The notes: generated by a model not told the origin, from the sequence alone. A stretch of DNA of 64,000 nucleotides from an uncultured Chitinophagaceae bacterium (GCA_964603685.1 CAZRWF010000002.1:14667-78666); one strand, 5' to 3'. Counted from the stretch's first letter, positions 38,005-47,986 are shown. Numbers and translations are program-made.

Positions 38005-39381
38005 TTATGATCCGCGCGGCGTGAAGTGTGCCGTAAAATGTCGCAGTTGCGGCGCTTCATACGTTATGGTGTATCCGCGCAGAGAGGTTCGGCCGGCAAA
38101 CAGCTCGACGCTGCACTCCACCACATAGTCGATGTGACTTTGCGTGTACACCCGTCGCGGAATCGCCAGACGCACCAACTCCATCGGCGGTGAGAGGAGT
38201 TTTCCATCGTGATCATACTTTCCGAACATCACGCTTCCGATCTCGACGGAACGGATTCCGCCGAGAGAATACAATGCACAAACGACCGATTGGCCGGGAT
38301 ACTGATCCGGCGGCACGTGCGGCAGCAATTGTTTTGCATCGATGTAAATGGCATGTCCTCCGGGCGGTTGAAGAATCGGTATGCCGATCTCCGTCAGTTT
38401 ATTTCCGAGGTATTCTACCGAACGTAATCGGTAAGTCAAATAATGTTCATCCAGCACTTCTTCTAATCCTTGCGCGATCGCTTCGAGGTCCCGTCCGGCC
38501 AATCCGCCGTACGTCGGAAACCCTTCGGTGACGATCAATAAATTGCGCGCTTGTGTTGCCAGGGCGTCATCATTCAACGCCAAAAATCCTCCCATATTGA
38601 CGATCGCATCTTTTTTCGCGCTCATCGTTACGCCGTCGGCGTATGAAAACATCTCTTCGGCGATGGCACGGGGACTGACATGTTCATACCCCTTTTCTCT
38701 TTTTTTAATGAAAAAGGCATTCTCCGCAAATCTGCACGCGTCGATAAACAGCGGGATACCGTATTTTTTTAAAACCGCTTTTGTCTCCCGAATATTGTGC
38801 ATCGAAACCGGCTGTCCGCCGCCGGAATTGTTTGTGACCGTAATAAAACAGACCGGTATATTCTCCGGGCCGGTCCGTTGAATAAATTCTTCCAACGCGG
38901 GGATATTCATATTCCCCTTGAACGGTGCGATCACATCGGGGCGTTTTCCTTCTTCGGTCAGAAAATCCACCGCCACGGCGCCGCTGAATTCCACATTGGC
39001 GCGGGTGGTGTCAAAATGCGTATTGTTCGGAATGTACTTTCCCGGACCGCCGATGATCGAAAAGAGTATTTTTTCCGCCGCTCGCCCTTGATGCGTGGGA
39101 ATGATGTGCGTGAGGCCGGTCAACGAACGGACGGCCCGTTCAAACCGGTAAAAACTTCTTGCTCCGGCATACGATTCATCCCCTTCCATAATCCCCGCCC
39201 ACTGCTTCGCGCTCATGGCGGAAGTACCGCTGTCGGTCAAGAGATCGATCAATACGTCGTCAGCATCGATCAAAAAAGGATTATAATGCGCTTTGCGAAG
39301 GATGTCTTTCCGTTCTTCCGGAGTCGTGAAACGGATCGGTTCCACCGATTTGATCTTGAACGGTTCAATGATGGTTTTCAT
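38005..39381 (-). CDS. tnaA: tryptophanase-type beta-eliminating lyase (PLP-dependent)
   Basis: 458 aa. [40 protein letters not shown] (PLP Lys), [13 protein letters not shown]. The specificity positions are TnaA-like: NTHFDTTR (Asp) and YEAPQLRHFTAHF (His). Confidence 0.88.
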   Translation of the reverse strand: MKTIIEPFKIKSVEPIRFTTPEERKDILRKAHYNPFLIDADDVLIDLLTDSGTSAMSAKQWAGIMEGDESYAGARSFYRFERAVRSLTGLTHIIPTHQGRAAEKILFSIIGGPGKYIPNNTHFDTTRANVEFSGAVAVDFLTEEGKRPDVIAPFKGNMNIPALEEFIQRTGPENIPVCFITVTNNSGGGQPVSMHNIRETKAVLKKYGIPLFIDACRFAENAFFIKKREKGYEHVSPRAIAEEMFSYADGVTMSAKKDAIVNMGGFLALNDDALATQARNLLIVTEGFPTYGGLAGRDLEAIAQGLEEVLDEHYLTYRLRSVEYLGNKLTEIGIPILQPPGGHAIYIDAKQLLPHVPPDQYPGQSVVCALYSLGGIRSVEIGSVMFGKYDHDGKLLSPPMELVRLAIPRRVYTQSHIDYVVECSVELFAGRTSLRGYTITYEAPQLRHFTAHFTPRGS

Positions 39382-39902
39382 GTCTCGCGGGAATAGTCGA
39401 CGAGTGAATGGATCGGCACGCCGGCGAATTTTTTTCGCCCGTGCAAGAAGGATAATTCCACAAGAAATGAAAGTCCGACAATCTCCCCTTTGAGCCGGCG
39501 AACGAGAGAACAGGCGGCTTCCATCGTTCCGCCGGTGGCGAGAACATCATCATGCAGCAAAACGTTTTCACCGGGCCGGATCGCGTCCGAATGGATTTCA
39601 ATGGCATCTGTACCGTATTCCAGCTGATACTCTTGACGGACAGTGGTAAAGGGCAGTTTCCCCGGCTTTCTGATCGGTACAAAACCCGCGTTCAGCCGGT
39701 CCGCCACCGCCGCTCCGATGATGAAACCGCGCGATTCGATGCCGACGACTTTCGTAATCGACAGACCGCGGTATCGTTCGGCGATCGTTTCGATGCAATA
39801 ATGGAGCGCTGCCGGATCCTGCAGAACCGTGGTAATATCTTTGAACATAATCCCCTTCTTGGGAAAATCGGGAATTGTTCTGATCAGTGCGGAGAGATCC
39901 AT
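39378..39902 (-). CDS. apt: adenine phosphoribosyltransferase
   Basis: Start moved to the ATG at 39902 (MDLSALIRTIPDFPKKGIMFKDITTVLQD...). PRPP-binding motif VLLHDDVLATGGT. Its stop overlaps the tnaA start (ATGA). Confidence 0.93.
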   Translation of the reverse strand: MDLSALIRTIPDFPKKGIMFKDITTVLQDPAALHYCIETIAERYRGLSITKVVGIESRGFIIGAAVADRLNAGFVPIRKPGKLPFTTVRQEYQLEYGTDAIEIHSDAIRPGENVLLHDDVLATGGTMEAACSLVRRLKGEIVGLSFLVELSFLHGRKKFAGVPIHSLVDYSRET

Positions 39903-39960
39903 TCCATCCTCAATTTTTTGTGCAGAAAAATAGAAAAAACAGGACGGAGAAGCAATGCGC

Positions 39961-39989
39961 AAAAAAAATCCCCGGATCACTCCGGGGAT
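39961..39989 (-). terminator. intrinsic terminator after glnN
   Basis: Minus strand ATCCCCGGA-gtga-TCCGGGGAT followed by TTTTTTT; 26 nt after the glnN stop. Confidence 0.7.
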
Positions 39990-40015
39990 TCGCCTTCACG
40001 ATATAATGCACTGAT

Positions 40016-42142
40016 CTACAATCCAACGATCATATCGGAATATTTCGGAACCGGCCACAGATCCGCCGAAACACTTTCTTCGAGCGTATCGACGATACCC
40101 CGTACGACTTCGGTTTGTTTGCGGACACCGAGATACGTTGATCCTTTTTTCTTGATATCCTCCACTTTACGAGCCGCCGCCAATTGTTTTTCCAGTGCCG
40201 TCAGCTCCAGGTGAAGCCGGGACACCAACGATGAAATATTTTTGACGACCGTGGTGATGGTTTTGACCCCCTTATCGCTTCGGCCAACGACGGATTTTAA
40301 TCCGTCGACCGTTTGCGTAAGGTCGGTTATGTAGGTGGTTCCTGCCGGGAAAAAGAGCGTCGTCGCCATTGTTTTTGCCACCTGTGCCTCGATCTCCACC
40401 TGTTTCACATAATTTTCGATGTCAATGTGATAGATCGCTTCGAGTTCCCTTTCGGAATACACTTTATATTGCGTAAAAAGATGCTCTGCTTCTTTGGTGA
40501 GAAATGCCGTCAATGCTTCGGGCGATGTCTTCAAATTCGGCAATCCTCGTTTTGCCGCTTCTTTATGCCAGGCATCGGAATATCCGTCGCCGCTGAAGAG
40601 CACTTTTTTGGATTCCGCGATCGTCTTCCGCAGCACGGTGACGATGGCGGAGGTGAGGTCTTTTCCCCCTCCGACCAGTTTTTCGATTTGCGTGCGAAGA
40701 TCATCCAGCGATTCGGCCATGGCCGTATTTAATACGGTGATCGGCGTCGACGGCGATTGACTGGAACCGACGGCGCGGAATTCGAATTTATTTCCGGTGA
40801 AGGCGAACGGCGAGGTCCTGTTACGGTCGGTATTATCCTTCGGGATTTCGGGAATTTTGTCGATCCCGATATTCAGCCATGCTTCATCGGTATTCGTGGT
40901 CACTTTCCCTTTTTCGAGATCATCCAACACGCGGGTCAGCAATTCGCCGAGAAATACGGAGATGATGGCCGGAGGCGCTTCATTCGCACCGAGCCGGTGG
41001 TCATTGTGGGCGGTCGCAATGGAAGCGCGCAATAAACGGGAATGTTTGTACACCGCTTTGATGGTGGCGACAAGGAAGACGAGAAACTGCAGATTGGATT
41101 GCGGTGTTTTCCCGGGATTGAGTAAATTTTCCCCTTTGTCCGTCCCCAACGCCCAATTGCAGTGTTTGCCGCTGCCGTTCACCGAAGCGAACGGTTTTTC
41201 GTGTAACAACACGGCAAGGTTGTGCCGTTGGGCGATCCGGTCCATCAAATCCATCAATATCTGATTATGATCGATCGCAACATTGACATCTTCGTAAATC
41301 GGCGCGACTTCGAACTGATTCGGAGCGACCTCGTTGTGGCGCGTTTTCAGAGGAATGCCGAGTTTGTACGACTCATGTTCGATTTCGGTCATAAACGCGA
41401 AGGCGCGTTCGGGTATATTGCCGAAATATTGATCTTCGAGCTGCTGATGTTTTGCCGGCGTCCGTCCGAACAATGTTCTGCCTGTTTGTTTCAAGTCGGG
41501 CCGTGAGTTGTAATATTCCCGGTCGATCAAAAAATATTCCTGTTCGACGCCGAGGGTGGAAAATACTTTGCTGGCGGGATTATTGAAGTGTTTTAACATC
41601 CGCATGGCGGACTGATTCAACGCTTCGATCGAGCGGAGCAACGGTGCTTTTTTATCCAACGTTTCGCCGGTGTACGAAATGAAGACCGTGGGAATGCACA
41701 GTGTGTTCCCATGAGGATATTCCATAATAAACACGGGGCTCGTCGGATCCCAAATCGTGTATCCGCGGGCTTCGAATGTCGCCCGGATACCGCCCGACGG
41801 AAATGACGATGCATCGGGTTCACCCTGGATCAATTGTTTGCCGGTAAAGGCTTCGATGATCTTTCCGCCGTCCCCATAATCGATAAACGAATCATGTTTT
41901 TCGGCGGTGAATCCGGTCAACGGCTGGAACCAATGCGTATAATGTGTGCACCCTTTGGCAATTGCCCAATCTTTCATCGCAATTGCGACGATATTTGCGG
42001 TATCACGGTCGAGCTTCTCGCTTTTGCTGATCACGTTTTGGATCTTTTCAAAGGCACTTTTCGGAAGCATTTGCTGCATTTTGGGGAGATCGAAAATATT
42101 CTCTCCAAAATATGTCGACACCGGTTTCACCTGTTTACTCAT
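40016..42142 (-). CDS. glnN: glutamine synthetase, type III
   Basis: 708 aa, the size and N-terminus ([18 protein letters not shown]...MQQMLPK) typical of GSIII. Conserved catalytic stretches [26 protein letters not shown] and [14 protein letters not shown]. Confidence 0.93.
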   Translation of the reverse strand: MSKQVKPVSTYFGENIFDLPKMQQMLPKSAFEKIQNVISKSEKLDRDTANIVAIAMKDWAIAKGCTHYTHWFQPLTGFTAEKHDSFIDYGDGGKIIEAFTGKQLIQGEPDASSFPSGGIRATFEARGYTIWDPTSPVFIMEYPHGNTLCIPTVFISYTGETLDKKAPLLRSIEALNQSAMRMLKHFNNPASKVFSTLGVEQEYFLIDREYYNSRPDLKQTGRTLFGRTPAKHQQLEDQYFGNIPERAFAFMTEIEHESYKLGIPLKTRHNEVAPNQFEVAPIYEDVNVAIDHNQILMDLMDRIAQRHNLAVLLHEKPFASVNGSGKHCNWALGTDKGENLLNPGKTPQSNLQFLVFLVATIKAVYKHSRLLRASIATAHNDHRLGANEAPPAIISVFLGELLTRVLDDLEKGKVTTNTDEAWLNIGIDKIPEIPKDNTDRNRTSPFAFTGNKFEFRAVGSSQSPSTPITVLNTAMAESLDDLRTQIEKLVGGGKDLTSAIVTVLRKTIAESKKVLFSGDGYSDAWHKEAAKRGLPNLKTSPEALTAFLTKEAEHLFTQYKVYSERELEAIYHIDIENYVKQVEIEAQVAKTMATTLFFPAGTTYITDLTQTVDGLKSVVGRSDKGVKTITTVVKNISSLVSRLHLELTALEKQLAAARKVEDIKKKGSTYLGVRKQTEVVRGIVDTLEESVSADLWPVPKYSDMIVGL

Positions 42143-42151
42143 GGTTTTTCC

Positions 42152-42625
42152 TTATTTTGGTTTTGTGATTTTAAGTTTGTTGGTTTCTTTCATGGTTGAT
42201 AAGACAATGCTTGTGGTGGTGTTAACGATGCCGGACCATGCTTGGATTTTCGAAAGTAATTTCTCCAGTGTGGATGTGTTTTCTGTGCGGATCTTCAATA
42301 AATGAGTCCCCGAACCGGTAACGGAATGCACCTCCAATATTTCATCCGTGGATTTTGCATGGTCAATAAATGAACCGTAATGTTTGGAAGAGTCGACGGT
42401 GACGGTGATAAAAGCGGTGATATCTTTCCCCACTTTTTTGGGATCAATAAATGCCGTATAACCCGTAATGATGCCGTTTTCTTCCAGTTTTTTTAATCGT
42501 TCGCTGACCGAGGGGATCGTGAGTTCAACCGACTGGGCGAGATCATTTCTCCGGGTTCTGCCGTTTTTTTGCAAAATATCCAATAATTGAATATCAATTT
42601 CGTCCAAATGGTAAGCCGAATTCAT
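42152..42625 (-). CDS. lrp: Lrp/AsnC-family transcriptional regulator
   Basis: 157 aa. N-terminal HTH (LDEIDIQLLDILQKNGRTRRNDLAQSVELTIPSVSERLKKLEENGII) plus a C-terminal RAM/AsnC domain; 9 nt upstream of glnN. Confidence 0.88.
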   Translation of the reverse strand: MNSAYHLDEIDIQLLDILQKNGRTRRNDLAQSVELTIPSVSERLKKLEENGIITGYTAFIDPKKVGKDITAFITVTVDSSKHYGSFIDHAKSTDEILEVHSVTGSGTHLLKIRTENTSTLEKLLSKIQAWSGIVNTTTSIVLSTMKETNKLKITKPK

Positions 42626-42666
42626 AATAACCTTAATCTTTTAGGTTTAACATCATATTTTCTTAA

Positions 42667-42695
42667 AATATAAGGTTAAAGTATCTTTTTGTCAA
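42667..42695 (-). promoter_or_regulatory. consensus-like sigma70 promoter of lrp-glnN
   Basis: Minus strand TTGACA (42695..42690), 17 nt, TATATT (42672..42667), in the most AT-rich intergenic region of the window. Confidence 0.55.
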
Positions 42696-42708
42696 ATAAT
42701 ATTTAAAA

Positions 42709-42737
42709 TAAAAAAACCCGGTAAAACAACACCGGGT
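42709..42737 (-). terminator. intrinsic terminator after nagA
   Basis: Minus strand CCCGGT-gttgtttt-ACCGGG followed by TTTTTTTATTTT. Confidence 0.65.
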
Positions 42738-42760
42738 GTTTACGCGATCGATCGAAAAAA

Positions 42761-43936
42761 TTACTTGGTGAAAAGTCCGTTCCGTTGATATTTTATTTTG
42801 CCTTCGTAGATGGTGCCGTGGACGTTAAACTCATCGTCCATCACGACGAGATCGGCATCTTTTCCCACTGCCAGGATTCCTTTTTGGTGTTCCAAACCGA
42901 GCACCTTCGCGCCGTTGAGGGACGCCATCCGTACGGCATCCGTGAGCGGGATGCCGACCATCGTGACCATATTCTTGACCGCTTCGTTCATCGTCAATGT
43001 ACTTCCGGCCAATGTACCGTTTTCCAAAAATGCTTTTTTGTTTTTTACAATGATCTTTTGATCCATAAAGTGATAATCCCCGTCCGGCATTCCGCTCGCA
43101 CGAATGGCGTCCGTGACCAGAATGATTCCTCCGCTTCCTTTGATATTGTGCAACAGCTTGATCACAATCGGATCCACATGAATACCATCGGCGATCAACT
43201 CCACTTTTAATTCGTTCCGCAGCAATGCAGCCACCATAATGCCCGGTTCGCGATGATGGAACGGGCGCATGGCATTAAACATATGGGTGACATGGGCGGC
43301 ACCGTTGTCGATCGCCTTTTCTATGTCGTCGTACAATGCCAGCGTATGGCCGATGGAAGGTACCACACCCTGACTGGCCGCCGCCCTGATCACGTCGATA
43401 TTCCCGGGAAGTTCCGGTGCAATAGTCATGATCTTAATGGATCCGCGGGCGGAGGCATTCAGTTCGTTCCATTGCGCAACATTCGGTTCCCAGAGATATT
43501 CGATTTTGTGCGCACCTTTGATCAACGGGTTGATGAACGGACCTTCCATGTGAATGCCCCAGATGTTGGAGTCCGTATGCTTCTCTGAATAACTGGCAAT
43601 CCGGTCGACATCCTTTTTTAACAGATCGATCTTTTTGCTGAACAGCGAAGCGAGCATTCCCGTGGTACCGTGCGCAAAGAAAAAATCCGAAATTGTTTTT
43701 ATGGAATCGTCGCTGTCGTCAGCAAAACCTTTCCCTCCTCCGCCGTGGACCAGTAAATCGATGAATCCGGGCGTGACGGTTTTTCCTTTGAGGTCATAGA
43801 CGGGAACATCGGATGCGATCTGTACATCGGAGATCTTTCCCATGTTGACAATTTGTTTTCCGGAAACGACGATCGCACCGTTGTCCACAATGCGGAACGG
43901 GGTGACGATCTTCACATTTTTGAGAGCGTACGTCAT
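42761..43936 (-). CDS. nagA: N-acetylglucosamine-6-phosphate deacetylase
   Basis: 391 aa. Amidohydrolase motifs GFIDLLVHGGGG, GIHMEGPF, HTLA, THMFNAM and DAIRASG. Confidence 0.92.
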   Translation of the reverse strand: MTYALKNVKIVTPFRIVDNGAIVVSGKQIVNMGKISDVQIASDVPVYDLKGKTVTPGFIDLLVHGGGGKGFADDSDDSIKTISDFFFAHGTTGMLASLFSKKIDLLKKDVDRIASYSEKHTDSNIWGIHMEGPFINPLIKGAHKIEYLWEPNVAQWNELNASARGSIKIMTIAPELPGNIDVIRAAASQGVVPSIGHTLALYDDIEKAIDNGAAHVTHMFNAMRPFHHREPGIMVAALLRNELKVELIADGIHVDPIVIKLLHNIKGSGGIILVTDAIRASGMPDGDYHFMDQKIIVKNKKAFLENGTLAGSTLTMNEAVKNMVTMVGIPLTDAVRMASLNGAKVLGLEHQKGILAVGKDADLVVMDDEFNVHGTIYEGKIKYQRNGLFTK

Positions 43937-44607
43937 GGAGATGTGGGTAATGTTGAGAGGAGTGTCTGATAATTGGATTCGATCTTTCGATCCCCGAAAA
44001 TGGCATTGCCGGCGACAAGATACCGCGCTCCGGCCGTATAGGCACGGGAGATGGTACGTTCGTCAATACCGCCATCCACTTCGATGATTGTTGAGAGACC
44101 GCGGTCCGTAATCATACGGGAGAGGTTCGAGATTTTTTGCACACTGGATTCGATAAATTTCTGTCCGCCAAAACCGGGATTCACCGACATGATCAGGACC
44201 AGATCCGCGAGCGGAAGAATCTCCTCCACTGTGGACAACGGCGTAGAAGGATTTAAACTGACTCCTGCGCGCATGCCGAGTTCTTTGATCCGCGAAAGGG
44301 TGCGATGCAGATGCGTACACGCTTCGACGTGGACGGTGAGAATATCGGCCCCTGCTTCTTTGAAGCGTTCAAGATATTGATCGGGATTTTCGATCATCAA
44401 ATGGGTGTCGAGCGTTTTCGACGTTATTCCGTCAATCGTTTTTACAATGCCCGGACCAAAGCTGATGTTGGGCACAAAATGTCCGTCCATGATATCAAGA
44501 TGAAAAATCTGCGCCCCGGCGGCCTCGGCACGCCGAATGTCATCCCCCAACGCGGAAAAATCAGCGGAAAGGAGCGACGGACAGATCATGGCGTTGATGG
44601 GTTTCAT
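43933..44607 (-). CDS. rpe: ribulose-phosphate 3-epimerase
   Basis: Start moved to the ATG at 44607 (MKPINAMICPSLLSADF...). Motifs HLDIMDGHFVPN, MSVNPGFGGQKF and VDGGI. Confidence 0.93.
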   Translation of the reverse strand: MKPINAMICPSLLSADFSALGDDIRRAEAAGAQIFHLDIMDGHFVPNISFGPGIVKTIDGITSKTLDTHLMIENPDQYLERFKEAGADILTVHVEACTHLHRTLSRIKELGMRAGVSLNPSTPLSTVEEILPLADLVLIMSVNPGFGGQKFIESSVQKISNLSRMITDRGLSTIIEVDGGIDERTISRAYTAGARYLVAGNAIFGDRKIESNYQTLLSTLPTSP

Positions 44608-44617
44608 GGTGACGATC

Positions 44618-45397
44618 CTACGGTAGTTTTTTCCCAGTTTTGTCCGGAGCCTGAACAACAAAAAGGTCGACCTCTTTTTGCGTCGTCACCACTTCGTTCT
44701 CCCGCGGCAGTTGATCGATCACGGTATTCGGAAGCAGTTCGTCATTCAATTGGTAGGTTACGTTGCCGATCCGCAAACCTTTTTCTTTCAGAATTTTTTG
44801 CGCTTCCGAAAATGTTTTTCCGATCAACGCCGGAACAAAAATACTGTCAATCGATTCGCCGGCGCTCACCAGAACGCTGATATACGTATTTTTGCGGACT
44901 TTGCTTCCGGCCGGAATGTCTTGCGATATGATCGTACCTTCGGGCAATTCGATCGACACTTGGTACTGAATCGCTCCCTGTTTTAATCCTGCCCGATCCA
45001 AAGCAAATTTAGCATCCCGTATCGAACGGCCGCGCAGCGAAGGAACAATAACATCTTGTTCCCCGCCGGAGATCGTCAAATACACTCTCCGGCCCGTCTT
45101 CACGGTCTGATCGGCCGCCGGGTTTTGCAATATCACATGCCCTACCGGATACGTATTATCCTGCCGCACTTCTCCCCGTTTTGGAACGAATTGAAGAGAA
45201 TCGAGCAATCGTTTTGCTTCATCTTCGCTGAGTCCGACAACGTTCGGCACCGTGACGGTTCCCCCCTTGTTCACGTAGTACGGCATAACGAACGAATCGA
45301 TCACGAACAATCCGATGAATAACGTACCGGAAATCCAATAGATGGGACGAATCGATTTGGACTGCAGCAAACGGATAAAAAGATTCGGCTTTTTCAT
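44618..45397 (-). CDS. stand-alone PASTA-domain membrane protein (three PASTA repeats)
   Basis: 259 aa. One N-terminal TM helix, then three ~65-aa repeats each starting V/I-x-VP-x-L/V-x-G (TVPNVVGLSEDEA, IVPSLRGRSIRDA, FVPALIGKTFSEA). No kinase or transpeptidase domain. Confidence 0.85.
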   Translation of the reverse strand: MKKPNLFIRLLQSKSIRPIYWISGTLFIGLFVIDSFVMPYYVNKGGTVTVPNVVGLSEDEAKRLLDSLQFVPKRGEVRQDNTYPVGHVILQNPAADQTVKTGRRVYLTISGGEQDVIVPSLRGRSIRDAKFALDRAGLKQGAIQYQVSIELPEGTIISQDIPAGSKVRKNTYISVLVSAGESIDSIFVPALIGKTFSEAQKILKEKGLRIGNVTYQLNDELLPNTVIDQLPRENEVVTTQKEVDLFVVQAPDKTGKKLP

Positions 45398-45987
45398 GAT
45401 GAATATTTTGTCAAACTTTCCAGATATTTTCCGAGAACGTCGAACTCGATGTTGACCGTGCTCCCCGTGCGGTATTTCCGAAAGACCGTATGTTCATACG
45501 TGAACGGAATAATTGCCACCGTAAAATTATCCCTTCCCAATCGCGCCACCGTCAGACTTGTCCCGTCGACACAGACAGATCCGACCGGTATCAAATATTT
45601 CCTGAACCGTTTCGGAAACGAAATGGTGACCAACCAGCTGGTCGCCAATGTCCGGATGCCGACAACGCGGCCGGTGCAATCGACATGTCCTTGAACGATA
45701 TGCCCGCTCAACCGATCGGAGAGCCGCACTGATCGTTCGAGGTTCACGAGCGATCCGGCAGACAGCGTGCCGAGATTGGTCTTCGACAGTGTCTCTTCCA
45801 CCGCTTGAACGACAAACGTTTTCCCGGTCCGCCGAACGACGGTGAGACACACACCGTTGACGCATATGCTGTTATCGATCCGCAAAGTTGTGCTCACGGT
45901 CGGCGAGACGATGGTCAATTCTTTGCCCCCGCCGATCGTCCGCACCGATCGAACGGTTCCGCATTCTTCCACTATTCCGGTGAACAT
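45394..45987 (-). CDS. ribE: riboflavin synthase alpha chain
   Basis: 197 aa, MFTGIVEECGTV...; internally duplicated lumazine-binding repeats (NGVCLTV / DGTSLTV). Confidence 0.93.
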   Translation of the reverse strand: MFTGIVEECGTVRSVRTIGGGKELTIVSPTVSTTLRIDNSICVNGVCLTVVRRTGKTFVVQAVEETLSKTNLGTLSAGSLVNLERSVRLSDRLSGHIVQGHVDCTGRVVGIRTLATSWLVTISFPKRFRKYLIPVGSVCVDGTSLTVARLGRDNFTVAIIPFTYEHTVFRKYRTGSTVNIEFDVLGKYLESLTKYSS

Positions 45988-45990
45988 ACG

Positions 45991-46875
45991 TTAACGAGTG
46001 ACTCCGTCATAAATCATTTTCGAAATCGTTGCGATCGTTTCTATCCCCGACTTGTTGTTCGGAAGGTCTTTGGACAAAAGGACGATCACAAAGCTCCGGC
46101 CATCGGGCAAATACATGATGCCGGAGTCGTGCTGCACATTGGTGATGGAACCGGTCTTATGCGCGACCACCACACCGGCGGGAAGTTGCGCCGGAATCAT
46201 ATCCTTAAATTGCTGAGCTTTCAGAATATCAATCATTTCGTCGCAGGCGCTCGGTGAAACAACGTTTTTGCGCGCGATCTGTTCAAAGAGCAGCCCCAAT
46301 CCCAACGCGGAGGTCGTATTGTTTTTTCCTGCCCGGAACGCTTTAGAATCTTCCACGCCGCGAAGAACATTCACTGAAGTGATTTTGAGAGAATGCAACG
46401 TGGCCATGATATTCTCTGCACCGACGATGCCGATGAGGATGTTCGTCGCCAGATTGCTGCTGACCGTGATCATTTTGAACACCAGAGAACGGATCGTCTC
46501 TTTTTTCCCGATTCGATGATAGAGTCCGTCGTCACTGTCGTCCGATAAATCCATGGAATAGGAGGAACCGTCGATGATGCTCTGAAATTCATTCTTCACA
46601 AGAATCGAGTCGTCCAACGAGAATTTTCCTTCCGCCGCTTGACGAAAAACCTCGACCATCACGGGAGTTTTCATCGTGCTGGCGGCATGGAATAACATTT
46701 CTCCGTTGATGATCAACCGATCGGATGTTTGCAGATCAATCACGGCAACGGCGTATGTTCCCCGCACACCGGCGAGCAGTGTCTCGATGTTTTTTCCGAG
46801 TCCGGAATACCGATCCGGCTGCGCAGCGGAGAGTTGTATGAAGGACATAAGCAGAACCGCAGTTTTTATCATCAT
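45991..46875 (-). CDS. class A beta-lactamase-fold serine hydrolase
   Basis: Start moved to the ATG at 46875 (MMIKTAVLLMSFIQLSAAQ signal peptide). Motifs SxxK = ASTMKTP, SxN = VSSNLATN, KTG = HKTGS. Confidence 0.8.
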   Translation of the reverse strand: MMIKTAVLLMSFIQLSAAQPDRYSGLGKNIETLLAGVRGTYAVAVIDLQTSDRLIINGEMLFHAASTMKTPVMVEVFRQAAEGKFSLDDSILVKNEFQSIIDGSSYSMDLSDDSDDGLYHRIGKKETIRSLVFKMITVSSNLATNILIGIVGAENIMATLHSLKITSVNVLRGVEDSKAFRAGKNNTTSALGLGLLFEQIARKNVVSPSACDEMIDILKAQQFKDMIPAQLPAGVVVAHKTGSITNVQHDSGIMYLPDGRSFVIVLLSKDLPNNKSGIETIATISKMIYDGVTR

Positions 46876-46882
46876 ACGTCTG

Positions 46883-47986
46883 TCAATGAGGGCGATATCG
46901 AACGGCATATTCATGGAACCGATCGCTGCCGAAGCGACCGGTTCTCCGCCGAAACATACGGAAAGATACTGAAATTCCGTCAAAAGTTTTCAGTCCGGAC
47001 CGCAGTTTTTTTCCCGCGGTGAAGAGATAAAGAATATCCGCCGATCGCGACTCCAAAAATTCTTTATAGATCCGTTGACCGCCCTCGACCAAAACGGAGG
47101 AGATTCCCCGGGATGCGAGATCGTCCAACACAGCCGGAATGGCGATTTTCCCGTTCTTCGCCGGAAGTTCGACGACGGTAATCCCTTTTGACCGAAGTTG
47201 TTTTATTCTTTCCCTCACGGCGGCCGTGTTGTTGTGAGCGGTATACAGGATCGTCGAAGCGGCGGCATTAAAAATCTTGGAGCGCACGGATACGGACATT
47301 TTTCCGTCGAGTACGATACGGATGGGATTCTTCCCTTTCACATGCCGAACGGTCAATTCCGGATTGTCGATCGCAACGGTGTTTGCACCGACCAAAATAG
47401 CGTCATATCGGGCGCGCAAGCGGTGCACCTCTCTGCGCGATTGTAGTGTGGTAATCCACCGGTCGGCGGTGTTCGGTCCGGTGATAAATCCATCCGCCGA
47501 TTGGGCCGCCTTGAGAGCAATGAACGGCCGATTGGCGGTGATAAACGTGAGGAACCGTTCGTTCAGCAATGCTGCATTTTTTTTACAGACGCCGATGCGG
47601 CATGGGATGCGATGACGTTTTAACATTCGAACGCCCTTGCCGGCAACCCGGGGATTGGGATCGATCATCGGGATGACGACTCGCCTAATACCGCTCCGGA
47701 TGAGGGCTTCCGCACAAGGGGGCGTTTTGCCGTGATGGGAGCACGGTTCCAAATTCACGTACATCGTTGCTCCGGTCACATCCGCTCCTCTCCGCCGCGC
47801 ATCCTCCAACGCGTTAATTTCCGCATGCGGACCGCCATACCGTTGGTGATATCCTTCCCCCAACAAACGCCCGCCTTTAACGATCACCGCGCCGACCAAC
47901 GGATTCGGACTGACGGAACCTTCCCCTTTTGCCGCAAGGCGCAAACATCGCTGCATCCAAAAACTATCACTTCGGCGTACACTCAT
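46883..47986 (-). CDS. ribD: bifunctional diaminohydroxyphosphoribosylaminopyrimidine deaminase / 5-amino-6-(5-phosphoribosylamino)uracil reductase
   Basis: Track start at 48025 is a TTG; I prefer the ATG at 47986 (MSVRRSDSFWMQRCLRLAAKGEGSVSPNPLVGAVIV). Deaminase zinc motif HAEINAL...PCSHHGKTPPC plus a C-terminal reductase domain. Confidence 0.9.
   Translation of the reverse strand: MSVRRSDSFWMQRCLRLAAKGEGSVSPNPLVGAVIVKGGRLLGEGYHQRYGGPHAEINALEDARRRGADVTGATMYVNLEPCSHHGKTPPCAEALIRSGIRRVVIPMIDPNPRVAGKGVRMLKRHRIPCRIGVCKKNAALLNERFLTFITANRPFIALKAAQSADGFITGPNTADRWITTLQSRREVHRLRARYDAILVGANTVAIDNPELTVRHVKGKNPIRIVLDGKMSVSVRSKIFNAAASTILYTAHNNTAAVRERIKQLRSKGITVVELPAKNGKIAIPAVLDDLASRGISSVLVEGGQRIYKEFLESRSADILYLFTAGKKLRSGLKTFDGISVSFRMFRRRTGRFGSDRFHEYAVRYRPH

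Noticed and set aside
38797-40214. + strand ORFs of 199 and 220 aa opposite tnaA/apt and apt/glnN
   Set aside because: They are antisense shadows. The second crosses a terminator hairpin.
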